Of a stretch of 64,000 nucleotides of DNA, positions 1 to 11,172 are shown piece by piece. The stretch comes from Oxalobacter sp. (lineage in GTDB: Bacteria > Pseudomonadota > Gammaproteobacteria > Burkholderiales > Burkholderiaceae_D), in NCBI GenBank assembly GCA_017524145.1, contig JAFWUI010000014.1:9176-73175 (forward strand), read 5' to 3'. The first letter of the stretch is position 1, and each line of letters opens with the position of its first letter. A program made the translations under genes and the position numbers. The notes beneath the pieces were generated by a model. That model was given only the letters and a program-made list of their open reading frames with translations, was not told where the DNA came from and ran no database searches.

Positions 1-681
1 GCGTTGTACCTCGCTTCGTCTGCCGGAGTCAAAGTCGATTTGATTGTCCGTGGCGCCTGCTCCCTACGCCCTGGGGTACCCGGATTGTCTGAAAACATCA
101 GGGTCCATTCCATTATTGGCCGTTTCCTGGAACATGAACGTATCTACTACTTCCGGAATGACCTGAAACAGAACCTTTACCTTTCCAGCGCCGACTGGAT
201 GGGAAGGAACCTTTTCCGCCGTATTGAAGTCGCTTTCCCGATACTTGACCCGACACTGAAACGCCGAGTCATTGAAGAAGGATTGCGTTACTACATCAAG
301 GACAACACCAATACCTGGATCCTGCAGACGGATGGCGCATACAAACGCCGTAAAATCCGCCGGAAACAGATCCGGTTCGGTGCCCAGCAATATCTTGCTT
401 CTGTCTATGATGCCAATGTCCAGGAAACGGTTGTTCCCCAAACCCAGGAAAATCCATCTACCAAGAAAGAACCTGTAAACAAGGAGAAGAAACCCACTAT
501 AAAGACACGGCCTGCGACCATCAGGAAAAACTCCGCAAAAACGGTTCCTGCCAAGCCGTCCACTCAAGCAGACAGACCGTCTGCTGAGCAGATTCCTGCT
601 GCAGCAGAAACCATTACAGCGCTTCCCGTTGTCAACAAAGACATTGAAATACTGCCTGTTACTGACAGTTCAAGCACTTGA
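1..681 (+). CDS. ppk1: Polyphosphate kinase 1, C-terminal part (5' truncated by window edge)
   Basis: Motifs VDLIVRGACSLRPGVPGLSENIRVHSIIGRFLEHERIYYF and SSADWMGRNLFRRIEVAFP match the PPK1 C2 domain. Confidence 0.95.
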   Translation, partial: ALYLASSAGVKVDLIVRGACSLRPGVPGLSENIRVHSIIGRFLEHERIYYFRNDLKQNLYLSSADWMGRNLFRRIEVAFPILDPTLKRRVIEEGLRYYIKDNTNTWILQTDGAYKRRKIRRKQIRFGAQQYLASVYDANVQETVVPQTQENPSTKKEPVNKEKKPTIKTRPATIRKNSAKTVPAKPSTQADRPSAEQIPAAAETITALPVVNKDIEILPVTDSSST

Positions 682-785
682 TGCTTTGACTGCTGCTACC
701 GGTATCCGATAGATGCCGGTAGCCAGCTTTTTGTGGATATACTGAGGAAACCGACAACCTAAAGGTCGGAACGACCATAATTACA

Positions 786-1529
786 TCAATGGCGTATAAA
801 CTGGATGCTGTAACTCTTGAACTCAACCTGCTGCCTGAGTGTTTCTGCAAGTCTTGAAAACTCCTGATGGGAGCGTGACCGGATTTTCAGGTCCAACTCG
901 AAATCCTTCCCTTCATTGATGGCAACATGATTGATCCGTCCAGAAAGCTCCAGGTGATGTTCTGCCAAAAGTTCCAGAAACCTTTCCCGGGTGATATTCC
1001 CGTCCCGTGAAAAGACAACATGGCAATGCGCATACCGCCTTGTTCTCCATAGTCTTTCAATCCGGTGGAAAAGGTATAACAACGCAAGGAGAACACCGAA
1101 AGTGGCCCATCCAAGCGCAAAAAAACCAATCCCAAAAAGGATTCCGATAAAGGCTGTTACCCAAATGGCGGCAGCCGACGTCAATCCACGGAATGCCACC
1201 CCCTGACGCAAAATAATCCCAAGACACAGGAATGCCATCCCCTCAGATACCGCCTGCATGAGCCGCGTGCTATCAGCCCTGTACATCTGCGGCGTCACGT
1301 GTGGCACCCAGATGGCCATATGGACGATTGCCTGAACCAGCGCGGCAGATGAAAGGCAGACAAGGCAATACGTCCTGATACCTGCAGGACGCCCATGGAA
1401 TGACCGCTCAAAACCAATAAAGGAACCCGCCAAGAGTGCGCAAAAGAGCTTTAATGAAACCAAGGCATAGGGAATCTCTGTTGCCCCAGAAACCTCACTG
1501 CCCCCCATGTCCAAGAGCATCTCAAACAT
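786..1529 (-). CDS. MgtC/SapB family membrane protein (divergent paralog)
   Basis: IGFERSFHGRPAGIRTY and GLTSAAAIWVTAFIG motifs; C-terminal ACT-like soluble domain. Confidence 0.85.
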   Translation of the reverse strand: MFEMLLDMGGSEVSGATEIPYALVSLKLFCALLAGSFIGFERSFHGRPAGIRTYCLVCLSSAALVQAIVHMAIWVPHVTPQMYRADSTRLMQAVSEGMAFLCLGIILRQGVAFRGLTSAAAIWVTAFIGILFGIGFFALGWATFGVLLALLYLFHRIERLWRTRRYAHCHVVFSRDGNITRERFLELLAEHHLELSGRINHVAINEGKDFELDLKIRSRSHQEFSRLAETLRQQVEFKSYSIQFIRH

Positions 1530-1537
1530 CGCTCCCC

Positions 1538-2239
1538 CTAATCGCGGATGTGCTCGATATTGAAAGTCTTGTATTCAGGTCTATGCCTTAAAGTACCAGA
1601 CAGCTTCGCAAAGGCATCAGACCGGTTCGAGCGGATTGTCATATTGAGTTCACAATCTTCCCCATTTTGGGTAACCTGATGGTTGACGTTGCCAACGACC
1701 GCCAACCCATGCCCGGCAAGCAGGGCTAAGAAATCATCGACACTGACTTCCCCTGTCCGGGCAAATGAAACCATGCAATGTGCATAGGCCTGTGTATGGA
1801 TCAAGCCTTCGAGACGACGGAAAACCGTCAGAACAACAATTGCAATGAATGTCGTCAGTGCACCGACAAAGAAAAAGCCAATGCCAAAAAGCAGACCAAT
1901 GGATGCGGTAATCCAGATAGAAGCTGCTGTCGTCAGACCACGGATGGTCAAGCCTTCCCTGAAAATAACCCCGGCGCCCAGAAAACCGATACCCGTCATC
2001 ACCCCTTGCATGACACGGGTCGCATCCGTCCTGACAATATCCGTAGGTGCATTGCCCATCCAAGCCGGCAGATAGACAATCACCTGGACAAGCGCAGCAC
2101 CAGCAAGACAGACAATACTATGTGTCCTGACCCCTGTCGGCCTCCCATGGAAGGCGCGTTCAAGGCCAATGATGCCTCCTGCACAGACTGCACAGATGAG
2201 CTTTACCGCAATGAATAAATAAAGTGTCTCATTAACCAC
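1538..2239 (-). CDS. MgtC/SapB family membrane protein
   Basis: IGLER..GRPTGVRTH and QGVMTGIGFLGAGVIF..GLTTAASIW canonical MgtC motifs; GTG start. Confidence 0.9.
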   Translation of the reverse strand: MVNETLYLFIAVKLICAVCAGGIIGLERAFHGRPTGVRTHSIVCLAGAALVQVIVYLPAWMGNAPTDIVRTDATRVMQGVMTGIGFLGAGVIFREGLTIRGLTTAASIWITASIGLLFGIGFFFVGALTTFIAIVVLTVFRRLEGLIHTQAYAHCMVSFARTGEVSVDDFLALLAGHGLAVVGNVNHQVTQNGEDCELNMTIRSNRSDAFAKLSGTLRHRPEYKTFNIEHIRD

Positions 2240-2353
2240 TACTCTGTCTCACATGTCGTTCCCATCAATCAACCGCAGCCCCAACACTGACCAGATACAC
2301 TGGGCTGCCGACTTCTGTACAACTATATCAAAATATCACTTTAATGCGGCACC

Positions 2354-3808
2354 TCATCTCAGTCTGACAACCAGTTTCCTGTCGACACGTTGCCAGAATT
2401 CAACCTCCCGGTCGAGCCAGAACCGTAATGTTTCATACCTGGAAAGCCACACTTCCGGTAATGACAGGTTGATACCCACATCGAACAATACCATCACTCC
2501 CTCTGGCTTAAAGTCGACTTTCGCATGGTGGAACATCACGGCCAAGCGCATGGCAAAAAGCGCTTTCACCGCATCCGGTTCATCCAAAATATCAGCGACC
2601 TTATTCAAGTTACCCATCTGCCCTAGGACAAACCGGCTCATCAGGTACTGTTCACGATTCATAAACCCAGCCATATCCGCATGCTGGAGGATGTAAGCAC
2701 CATGGCGGTGATACCCCGTCGGTGAAATGAAGATACCGATTTCATGGAGCATCGCACTCCAGTACAGGAGTTTGCGCAACCCGTCCGATGAAGGTGTCAT
2801 CAGACTATAGATAGAAAGGGCATATTCTGAAACTCGCTGAGCACGTACCCTGTCCACAAAAAAATGGCTGACCATCCGGTCGACTGTCCGTTCACGGCGG
2901 TCAGTCTGGTTCGATTTCAGGTAAGTATCCCAAATGACCCCGATGCGGAGCCCCGCCTCAATCGGAAAGATCCTGTCAATGCCAAACAGCTCCATCAACA
3001 CAATGAGGATTGTCAATCCCCCCAAGATCGATGTGACACGCTCTGACTTGACACCTTCAAGCCGCAAACGCTCGAGCCGCCCGACCTCAATCATCCTTTC
3101 TTTGAGCTTCAACAGGTTCTCAAGCGTAAAGAGGCCATTGCCAATTTCATTGACAGCCAGCATTTCGCCCGTGGCCCGGATAGTGCCAGAGGAACCATAC
3201 ACTGTCGTCCAACCCGCATGCCGGTAATATTCAGCTGCATCTTCAAAACGGCTTTTGGCAAACAGGACCGCCCGGTCAAACGACGGTCTATCAATAACGC
3301 CTTCTTTAAAGAACCCAAGGCTCTGAGGGACGGTGCCAATTGGAAAGGACTCCACACGCCTGATATCGTGTCCCTCACCTACCACAACTTCCGTCGAACC
3401 ACCCCCAATATCGATTACAAGACGTTTCTCATCAGCAACATTGAGGACATTGGCAACACCCAGGTAAATCAAGCGCCCTTCTTCCTCTCCTGAGATTACA
3501 TCAATCGGATACCCCAGCAGTTTTTCCGCCTGTTCCAGAAAATCCTGGGCATTCTTTGCGACACGGAACGTGTTTGTGGCAACAGCACGCACTTCTGTCA
3601 GGGGATATGAATCAAGGAACATCTTGATTTTCCGGATTGACTCCAACCCCCGTTCAATGGACTCTGGTGTCAGCCTGTTGTCCCCGTCCAACCCGGCTGC
3701 CATCCGGTTTGACTCCCGTGTGCTCCTGAAAACCTTTATCGCCCCATCCTTTACACTGCCGATATGCGCACGGAAACTGTTGGATCCCAGATCGATTGCT
3801 GCAAACAT
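2354..3808 (-). CDS. ppx: Exopolyphosphatase Ppx/GppA
   Basis: AAIDLGSNSF, ISGEEEGRLIYLG, DIGGGSTE and HD-like LHEIG motifs; ATG at 3808 preceded by AAGGAG. Confidence 0.93.
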   Translation of the reverse strand: MFAAIDLGSNSFRAHIGSVKDGAIKVFRSTRESNRMAAGLDGDNRLTPESIERGLESIRKIKMFLDSYPLTEVRAVATNTFRVAKNAQDFLEQAEKLLGYPIDVISGEEEGRLIYLGVANVLNVADEKRLVIDIGGGSTEVVVGEGHDIRRVESFPIGTVPQSLGFFKEGVIDRPSFDRAVLFAKSRFEDAAEYYRHAGWTTVYGSSGTIRATGEMLAVNEIGNGLFTLENLLKLKERMIEVGRLERLRLEGVKSERVTSILGGLTILIVLMELFGIDRIFPIEAGLRIGVIWDTYLKSNQTDRRERTVDRMVSHFFVDRVRAQRVSEYALSIYSLMTPSSDGLRKLLYWSAMLHEIGIFISPTGYHRHGAYILQHADMAGFMNREQYLMSRFVLGQMGNLNKVADILDEPDAVKALFAMRLAVMFHHAKVDFKPEGVMVLFDVGINLSLPEVWLSRYETLRFWLDREVEFWQRVDRKLVVRLR

Positions 3809-3995
3809 CTGAATCTCCTTCCAAGCAAAAAACACCTAAACCCGCCATCCATTATGCCAGTGAACCCATTGATGGATGCCCGAAAAGTCCATATTCCCTG
3901 CAAAAAACACCTACAGAGTCTTTTACACAACAGGTATCCTGTCCTTCCCCATCAATCTGACGTATAGTGCCTTCTATAATCTATGAAATATCCCT

Positions 3996-5186
3996 ATGTT
4001 TGCGATTGTCTGGTTTCCGGCGCTGATCTGCCTATGTTCTGGCTATTTTTTCATGAGTGTTGCGCCACTCAGTACCCAGTTCATGGCCCTTTTTGGGGTC
4101 GGCTATGCAGGGCTTTCCCTCTTTCTCAGTGGCCTGCTTTGGGCACACAGCTTCGTCCAGTTGCCTGCAGGGCTGATCCTGGACAAAATCGGGGCCTATA
4201 AAGGCTTCCTCATCGCCATCACCATTGCCTTCATAGCCAATGTCCTGCCTTTCCTTGCTGTTGACAGCATCATGCTTGCAACAGGATTGCGGTTCCTGGC
4301 AGGATTGAGTTCCGGCTCCCTGTTCTTGATAGGCATCAAGATGATCGGTATGCAGGCACCTCCCGATAAAATCGCCCAAGCCCAAGGCATCCAAGGCGCG
4401 GCTTTCTGCCTCGGCACCATGCTGCCATTCATCACCCTGCCCCCCCTGGGCAATGAAGCATGGCGTTTCTCCTATATCATTCCCGCTGTGCTTTCTGTCT
4501 TGACCATTGCCCTTTCCCGTCTGCTCCCGGCGAAAATCAAGGGGAGCGGCGCTTCCAGTGGCGGAGGCGCAGCACAGCTCCTTTCTGCCCTGAAAACAGT
4601 CTCCACTTCCCTGCCGATATGGACCCTTGGCATCTTCCACGGATTCTCATATGGTACCCTCAACAACCTCGGGCAATGGCTTCCATCCATCCTTGCTGAC
4701 ATCCATGGCAGCAGTACCGCTATCGCCTGGAGCCTTGCAACAGGCGCTGTCCTGCTGATCGGCACCATCAGCAGGGCTTGCGGCAGCTCATTGCTTAAAT
4801 GGTTTTCCAAGAACTGGATCATCAGCCTTTCCGTCCTGGCCATCGGCATCCTTTACATCGCCTTAGGACTCATCGGTAATGTCTATATCGGTCTGGCAGT
4901 TGGATTTGGACTTGCCATACTCGGTGGATGCAACTATGGTTCCATTTTCAGCATGACCGGCAACATCATGTCTCCCATGTACCTTGCAACGGCATCAGGT
5001 TTCATGAACATGATTGCAAACATCGCCAATGTCTTGCTCACCATCATCCTTGGTACCGTACGGGAATATACTGGCAGCTTCAGTGCCGCCCTCATCGCAG
5101 CAGGCATCACCGCCCTCTCAATCTGGCTAGCCGGCAACCGCATCATCAGCAGGATCAGGGAAAATACGATGCCGGTACCAGACTGA
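3996..5186 (+). CDS. Major facilitator superfamily transporter, substrate unknown
   Basis: About 12 hydrophobic segments; MFS motif A variant QLPAGLILDKIG; LRFLAG in TM4. Confidence 0.85.
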   Translation: MFAIVWFPALICLCSGYFFMSVAPLSTQFMALFGVGYAGLSLFLSGLLWAHSFVQLPAGLILDKIGAYKGFLIAITIAFIANVLPFLAVDSIMLATGLRFLAGLSSGSLFLIGIKMIGMQAPPDKIAQAQGIQGAAFCLGTMLPFITLPPLGNEAWRFSYIIPAVLSVLTIALSRLLPAKIKGSGASSGGGAAQLLSALKTVSTSLPIWTLGIFHGFSYGTLNNLGQWLPSILADIHGSSTAIAWSLATGAVLLIGTISRACGSSLLKWFSKNWIISLSVLAIGILYIALGLIGNVYIGLAVGFGLAILGGCNYGSIFSMTGNIMSPMYLATASGFMNMIANIANVLLTIILGTVREYTGSFSAALIAAGITALSIWLAGNRIISRIRENTMPVPD

Positions 5187-5284
5187 ATACCTGACACTGG
5201 CTGTATATCAGCCTTCCCAAAAAAACAGAAGCCCTTCCCCCATATCTGGAGAAAGGGCAACCAGTATTTTTCCTTTTCTGCCTA

Positions 5285-5758
5285 TCAGAAAGGAATATCG
5301 TCATCCATCGGGATATTCGGTGGCAATCCTCCCCCTTGGGATGGCTGTGGCTTCGCAGCACCCTGACGGGGAGCCGATTGCTGGAAACCGCCATCATATC
5401 CACCAACCGGATCGCCACTACCCTGACGGGAACCCAGCATCTGCATCTGCTCAGCAATGATATCGGTTGAATAACGTTCAATGCCGTCCTTACCCGTATA
5501 TTTACTGGTCCTCAAACGTCCCTCAACATAAACCTGAGAGCCTTTCTTCAGATACTGGCCAGCGATTTCCGCCAATTTGCCAAAGAAAACGACACGGTGC
5601 CATTCCGTGTTCTCAATCCTTTCCCCTGTCTGACGGTCTTTGCGTGCATCGGTTGTTGCAATCGATACACGGGTCACCTGTTCACCGTTTGGTGAATAAC
5701 GGCTTTCTGGGTCACGTCCCAGATTACCGACAATAATCACCTTGTTGATTGATGCCAT
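5285..5758 (-). CDS. ssb: Single-stranded DNA-binding protein
   Basis: [18 protein letters not shown] start, [11 protein letters not shown]-terminal DDDIPF. Confidence 0.98.
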   Translation of the reverse strand: MASINKVIIVGNLGRDPESRYSPNGEQVTRVSIATTDARKDRQTGERIENTEWHRVVFFGKLAEIAGQYLKKGSQVYVEGRLRTSKYTGKDGIERYSTDIIAEQMQMLGSRQGSGDPVGGYDGGFQQSAPRQGAAKPQPSQGGGLPPNIPMDDDIPF

Positions 5759-5906
5759 GGCATTCTCCTGGTTGGAAAATCAATAAAAATATGATGAATG
5801 AATACAGATGCCTGCATTATAAGTCACTGACACCGAACATTCTATATGCTGTATATAATATCATATTGTTATAAAAATATATACAAATGATTTTCAAAAT
5901 ATACAA

Positions 5907-5922
5907 CTGTTATAAAATACAG
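5907..5922. promoter_or_regulatory. LexA (SOS) box in the divergent ssb-uvrA intergenic region
   Basis: CTGTTATAAAATACAG is an exact CTGT-N8-ACAG; a near-match CTGTATATAATATCAT lies at 5849-5864. Confidence 0.8.
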
Positions 5923-6044
5923 CCTAATGACGGTTGTCCCTGACCAAAAACCTGCCCACATCAAGGTAGGAACAACTCAAAGAAGGATACGTTATCATTA
6001 TAAATTCCCTGCCAATTGAATGGACGCAAGGAACGGCCGGTTTC

Positions 6045-8972
6045 ATGGACTTCACTATGCTGGACTCAGAAGAAAAAATCACTATCCGTGGCGCACGTAC
6101 CCACAATCTGAAAAACATCAACCTTGACCTGCCGAGGAACAGGCTGATTGTCATTACCGGCCTGTCAGGGTCAGGAAAATCATCCCTGGCTTTTGACACA
6201 CTGTATGCTGAAGGGCAACGCCGCTATGTCGAGTCCCTTTCTGCTTATGCCCGCCAGTTCCTGCAGCTGATGGAAAAGCCGGATGTTGACCTGATCGAAG
6301 GACTCTCCCCTGCCATTGCCATTGACCAGAAATCAACCTCACACAACCCCCGCTCCACCATCGGTACCGTCACTGAAATCTATGACTACCTGCGACTGCT
6401 TTTTGCCCGCGTCGGAACACCACACTGTCCAGACCATCCTGGATATGCCCTTGCCGCCCAATCGGTTTCCCAGATGGTGGATGCAACCCTGGCACTCCCC
6501 GAAGGCTCCCGTCTGATGATTTTGGCACCCGTCATTACCGCGCGGAAGGGGGAACACAGTGAGCTGTTTGAACAGCTGCAGTCACAGGGTTTCATCCGTT
6601 TCAGGATCCAAAGCGGGACAAAACCGGCTGAAATCCATCTGTCTGATGACCTGCCTGTCCTTAAGAAAAATGAAAAACATTCCATTGATGTCGTCATTGA
6701 CCGTGTACGTATCAATGCGGATATCCGGCAGCGTCTGGCAGAAAGCTTTGAAACCGCCCTGCGTATTGCAGATGGCAAGGCTATCATTGCCAACATGGAA
6801 ACCGGTGAAGAACAGGTTTTCTCAAACCGGTTTGCCTGCCCTGAATGCGGTTGGTCCCTGGCTGAACTGGAACCCCGCCTGTTTTCTTTCAACAATCCCA
6901 TGGGAGCATGTCCTGATTGTGATGGCATAGGGCATATTGAGTTCTTTGACCCGAAGCGGATTGTGCAGCATCCAGGCATCTCACTGGCATCTGGCGCATT
7001 GAAAGGCTGGGATAAACGCAATCCAATGCTGTTCCAGATGCTCCAGTCAATCGCCATGCATTATGGCTTTGACCTGGATACGCCTTTCCAAGAATTGCCT
7101 GAACATATCCAGCATATCCTGATTTTCGGATCTGGTGATGAGAAAATCCCTTTCATCACCATCAACCGCCAAGGCAAGCCATGGATACGTGAACATCCCT
7201 TTGAAGGTGTCCTGCACAACCTGGAACGCCGCTTCAGGGAATCAGATTCCATTGCTGTCAAAGAAGAACTGGCGAAACTGATCGGGGAACGCCCTTGTCC
7301 AACCTGCAATGGGGCAAGACTGCGCCGGGAAGCATTATCTGTCTGTATTGGTGAAAACAGCCAGAAACGGGCAATCCATGAAGTCACCCGTATGTCATTG
7401 GGTGATGCCCTGCATTATTTTGAAACCCTGTCACTGACCGGCGCCAAGAAAACCATTGCAGCCAGGATCCTCAACGAAGTGAGCTCACGCCTGCGTTTCC
7501 TCAACAATGTGGGATTGGACTATCTGTCACTGGAACGCAGTGCCGAGACCTTGTCCGGCGGAGAGTCACAACGCATCCGCCTTGCTTCCCAGATCGGCAG
7601 CGGGCTGACTGGTGTCATGTATGTCCTGGACGAACCCTCTATCGGCCTGCACCAACGTGACAACGACCGTCTCATTGCAACTCTGAAACATCTTCGTGAC
7701 ATCAGCAACACCGTGATTGTGGTCGAGCACGACGAAGATGCCATCCGTTCTGCTGATTTCATTGTCGACATGGGTCCTGGTGCCGGAGAACATGGCGGCG
7801 CTGTTGTTGCAATGGGCAGTCCGGAAGCCATCCTGAAATCAGAAACATCACTGACGGCACAATACCTGAACGGCATCAAAACGATTCCTGTTCCTTCCCA
7901 ACGGGTCAAACCAGACCCTGAACACAATCTGGTGATAAACGGTGCCTGCGGCAACAACCTGAAACAGGTGACCATGACATTGCCTGTCGGCCTGCTGACC
8001 TGTGTGACAGGCGTATCCGGTTCAGGCAAATCGACATTGGTCAACGATACGCTGTATGCCGCCGTGGCACGCCAAATCAATGGCTCCCAGACTGATCCGG
8101 CACCTTATGGATCCATTGAGGGTGTTGAGCATTTCGATAAAGTGATTGCCGTGAACCAGGCTCCGATTGGACGGACCCCCCGTTCAAACCCTGCCACTTA
8201 CACTGGCCTGTTCACGCCCATCCGTGAACTGTTTGCGGATGTTCCCCAATCACGGGAGCGTGGCTACCCGGCAGGCCGCTTTTCCTTCAACGTAAAAGGC
8301 GGCCGATGTGAATCCTGCCAGGGTGATGGTGTCCTGAAAGTTGCCATGCATTTCCTGCCAGACATGTATGTCCCATGTGATGTCTGTCATGGACAACGCT
8401 ACAACCGCGAAACCTTGGAAATCACTTACCGTAACAAGAACATCTCTGATGTCCTGAACATGACCGTAGAAGAAGCCTATGGCTTTTTCAATGCCATCCC
8501 ATCCATTGCGCGCCGTCTGAAAACCTTATTGGATGTCGGGTTGGGTTATATCCAATTGGGACAGAGCGCTACCACCCTATCAGGAGGTGAAGCACAGCGG
8601 GTTAAACTGTCATTGGAACTGTCAAAACGGGATACCGGCCGTACCTTGTATATCCTCGATGAACCGACAACGGGATTGCATTTCCAAGATATCGACATGC
8701 TGCTGAAAGTCATCCACCGCTTACGTGACCAAGGCAATACCGTCGTCGTCATCGAGCATAACCTGGATGTCATCAAAACAGCTGACTGGATCATCGACCT
8801 AGGACCTGAAGGCGGAGAACGGGGAGGGGAAATCATCGCAACAGGAACGCCTGAAACGGTTGCCCAAAACCCTGCCAGCATCACAGGCAGATACCTGGGT
8901 GCTATGCTGAAACCACAAGGGAAAACCAGACAGCGTAAGGCCTCCAGGAAACCTGGAATCAAGGTTCCTTGA
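6045..8972 (+). CDS. uvrA: Excinuclease ABC subunit A
   Basis: GARTHNLKN, two Walker A motifs ([18 protein letters not shown]), zinc fingers, LSGGE signatures. Confidence 0.98.
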   Translation: MDFTMLDSEEKITIRGARTHNLKNINLDLPRNRLIVITGLSGSGKSSLAFDTLYAEGQRRYVESLSAYARQFLQLMEKPDVDLIEGLSPAIAIDQKSTSHNPRSTIGTVTEIYDYLRLLFARVGTPHCPDHPGYALAAQSVSQMVDATLALPEGSRLMILAPVITARKGEHSELFEQLQSQGFIRFRIQSGTKPAEIHLSDDLPVLKKNEKHSIDVVIDRVRINADIRQRLAESFETALRIADGKAIIANMETGEEQVFSNRFACPECGWSLAELEPRLFSFNNPMGACPDCDGIGHIEFFDPKRIVQHPGISLASGALKGWDKRNPMLFQMLQSIAMHYGFDLDTPFQELPEHIQHILIFGSGDEKIPFITINRQGKPWIREHPFEGVLHNLERRFRESDSIAVKEELAKLIGERPCPTCNGARLRREALSVCIGENSQKRAIHEVTRMSLGDALHYFETLSLTGAKKTIAARILNEVSSRLRFLNNVGLDYLSLERSAETLSGGESQRIRLASQIGSGLTGVMYVLDEPSIGLHQRDNDRLIATLKHLRDISNTVIVVEHDEDAIRSADFIVDMGPGAGEHGGAVVAMGSPEAILKSETSLTAQYLNGIKTIPVPSQRVKPDPEHNLVINGACGNNLKQVTMTLPVGLLTCVTGVSGSGKSTLVNDTLYAAVARQINGSQTDPAPYGSIEGVEHFDKVIAVNQAPIGRTPRSNPATYTGLFTPIRELFADVPQSRERGYPAGRFSFNVKGGRCESCQGDGVLKVAMHFLPDMYVPCDVCHGQRYNRETLEITYRNKNISDVLNMTVEEAYGFFNAIPSIARRLKTLLDVGLGYIQLGQSATTLSGGEAQRVKLSLELSKRDTGRTLYILDEPTTGLHFQDIDMLLKVIHRLRDQGNTVVVIEHNLDVIKTADWIIDLGPEGGERGGEIIATGTPETVAQNPASITGRYLGAMLKPQGKTRQRKASRKPGIKVP

Positions 8973-10956
8973 AAATACTCTCTTCAGCACCAGCAATACT
9001 GTCCCGTCCGCCCCTCAACACAAGGACATCTTCCTCTTCAACCTTGATATCTGGGTTTGGCTCAAGCCTGGCCATATGACGGACAACCGCTACGACATCT
9101 GCCTTGGGTTCAGGAAATGGCATTTCCTGCAGCCTTTTTCCAATAACCGGTGAGCCAGGCGGCACACGTACTGAATGGAGATGTTTTGAAGCACTTTCCC
9201 AAAATGCTGGGTCATGCTCCCCATGGAAATATTCCCGCAAGTTGGCATACCGGGACATACGGGCTGCCGTAACACGCTGCAAAATCTGTTTCATGGGAAC
9301 CCCGGACGCCAGCATGGCATTGGAAGCCAGCACAAGTGAGCATTCAAGGATCTCAGGAACGACCTCATCTGCCCCAGCTTCCCTGAAGCGGTCAAAATCA
9401 CTTTCATCATTGCAACGGACAATAACCGGAACATCTGGCGCAATGCTTTTGGCATAATGCAGCACCCGCATTGAAGCATCTACCCGGTCGAGCGTGATGA
9501 TGATGCTTGAAGCCCGGTCAATGCCGGCAGCAATCAACGCCTCTCGCCGGGTACTGTCTGCATAGGAAACTTTTTCGCCTGCAAGCTCTGCTTTCCTGAC
9601 ACGCTCCGGATCCAGGTCCAAAGCCCGGTAAGGGATATCCTGTTCTGCCAGCAACCTGGCCACCGCCTGCCCTGTCTTTCCAAAACCACAGATAATGGTA
9701 TGTTTACGCAGCATCATGGTCTGGCTGGCAATCCGGGTCAGCTCCACCGACCGATCCATCCATTCATCCACAGAAACACGCGAAACAATCTTGTCTGCAT
9801 TCAGGATAATGAACGGTGCCATCAACATAGAAACAACCATGGAAGCCAAAGTTGCCTGATAGAACCACGGTTCAATCATATTGAAATGAGCCGCCTGGTT
9901 GACCAAGACAAAACTGAATTCACTGGCCTGAGAAAGCACCAATGCAACCTTGATGCTTATCCCTTTGGAAGCACCGAAAAACCGGGCTACAACGGCAGTC
10001 ACCCCAAACTGGAAAACAAAGGCACAGGCAACCATAATCAGGATAACCCACCAACGGTCCTTGACCAGCCAGAGGTTCAGCATCATGCCAATGGTAATGA
10101 AATAAAGCCCCAGCAACACATCCCGGAAAGATTTGATATCTGTTTCAACCTCATGCTTGTAACGGGTTTCTGCAATCAACATACCAGCAACAAATGCCCC
10201 CAATTCAAGGGAAAGCCCGATGGTTTCTGTAATCCACGCTGCTCCAAGCGTCATCAACAGCAGGTTCAGCATAAAGAGTTCTTGGGAACCGGTTCCCGCG
10301 ACAATACCCAGCCAGCGGTTCATTACCTGTTTCCCGATAAGGAACATAACCCCCAAAGCAAAAAAAACTTTCGCCAAAGTCAGCCCCACATCCATCCAGA
10401 TATTGCCTGAATCTGAAGCCAGGGACGGCACAATCATCAGGAGGATAACGATGGCAATGTCCTGGAATAGCAGAATACCGATGACCCGTCGGCCATATTC
10501 GGTTTCAAGCTCCATCCGGTCTGCAAGCATCTTGGTGACAATTGCAGTAGACGACAGTGCCCATGCACCGCCAAGCGCAAACGCAGCCTGCCATGACAGT
10601 CCTGATTCCGGAATAAAAACCGCCATAATGCCCGATATGATGATGGCAACAATGACCGAAGCCGTGACTTGGGTAAACCCCAACCCAAAGACAATCTTCC
10701 GCATAGCCATCAACTGCTTGAATGAAAATTCAAGCCCAACGGTGAACATCAGGAAAACCACACCGAATTCCGCCAACCCCTGCAACGGTTCGGCATCACC
10801 GACCAGTCCCATGGCAAAAGGACCGACCACAACACCGACAGCCAGATACCCCAGGATGGAAGGCAGTTTGAAATAACGGAACACCAGAACACCAATCACA
10901 GCTGTCCCCAGCATGAGCAAGACGAATTCCAGGGATGACTGCATATGCATAAGCAA
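8959..10956 (-). CDS. CPA2 family monovalent cation:proton antiporter (KefB/YbaL-like) with TrkA-N and TrkA-C domains
   Basis: [32 protein letters not shown] Rossmann motif; 3' end overlaps uvrA by 14 bp. Confidence 0.9.
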   Translation of the reverse strand: MLMHMQSSLEFVLLMLGTAVIGVLVFRYFKLPSILGYLAVGVVVGPFAMGLVGDAEPLQGLAEFGVVFLMFTVGLEFSFKQLMAMRKIVFGLGFTQVTASVIVAIIISGIMAVFIPESGLSWQAAFALGGAWALSSTAIVTKMLADRMELETEYGRRVIGILLFQDIAIVILLMIVPSLASDSGNIWMDVGLTLAKVFFALGVMFLIGKQVMNRWLGIVAGTGSQELFMLNLLLMTLGAAWITETIGLSLELGAFVAGMLIAETRYKHEVETDIKSFRDVLLGLYFITIGMMLNLWLVKDRWWVILIMVACAFVFQFGVTAVVARFFGASKGISIKVALVLSQASEFSFVLVNQAAHFNMIEPWFYQATLASMVVSMLMAPFIILNADKIVSRVSVDEWMDRSVELTRIASQTMMLRKHTIICGFGKTGQAVARLLAEQDIPYRALDLDPERVRKAELAGEKVSYADSTRREALIAAGIDRASSIIITLDRVDASMRVLHYAKSIAPDVPVIVRCNDESDFDRFREAGADEVVPEILECSLVLASNAMLASGVPMKQILQRVTAARMSRYANLREYFHGEHDPAFWESASKHLHSVRVPPGSPVIGKRLQEMPFPEPKADVVAVVRHMARLEPNPDIKVEEEDVLVLRGGRDSIAGAEESIFKEP

Positions 10957-11172
10957 TGACTGGATGGTGATTGAACGGATATCAAAAGGAATGCTGACAG
11001 TATTATGGACGATTCAGTACCAGATGTCCTGAAAAAATACGCTTTCCGGGTATATCGACCGCTTTTTCCCAGAAAGTCCGCCACTTTCTTCATAAGCAGG
11101 ATTCATGCCTGAATACTCATGACGTCTTTTTCGGTTTATACTTCCGCCTTGGACACAGGAAATTCATAGGCC

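Noticed and set aside
3996-5186. Oxalate:formate antiporter OxlT
   Set aside because: It has a TM8-like Arg (ISRACG) but no Lys in the TM11-equivalent segment (GFMNMIANIAN) and no recognisable OxlT sequence; left as a generic MFS.
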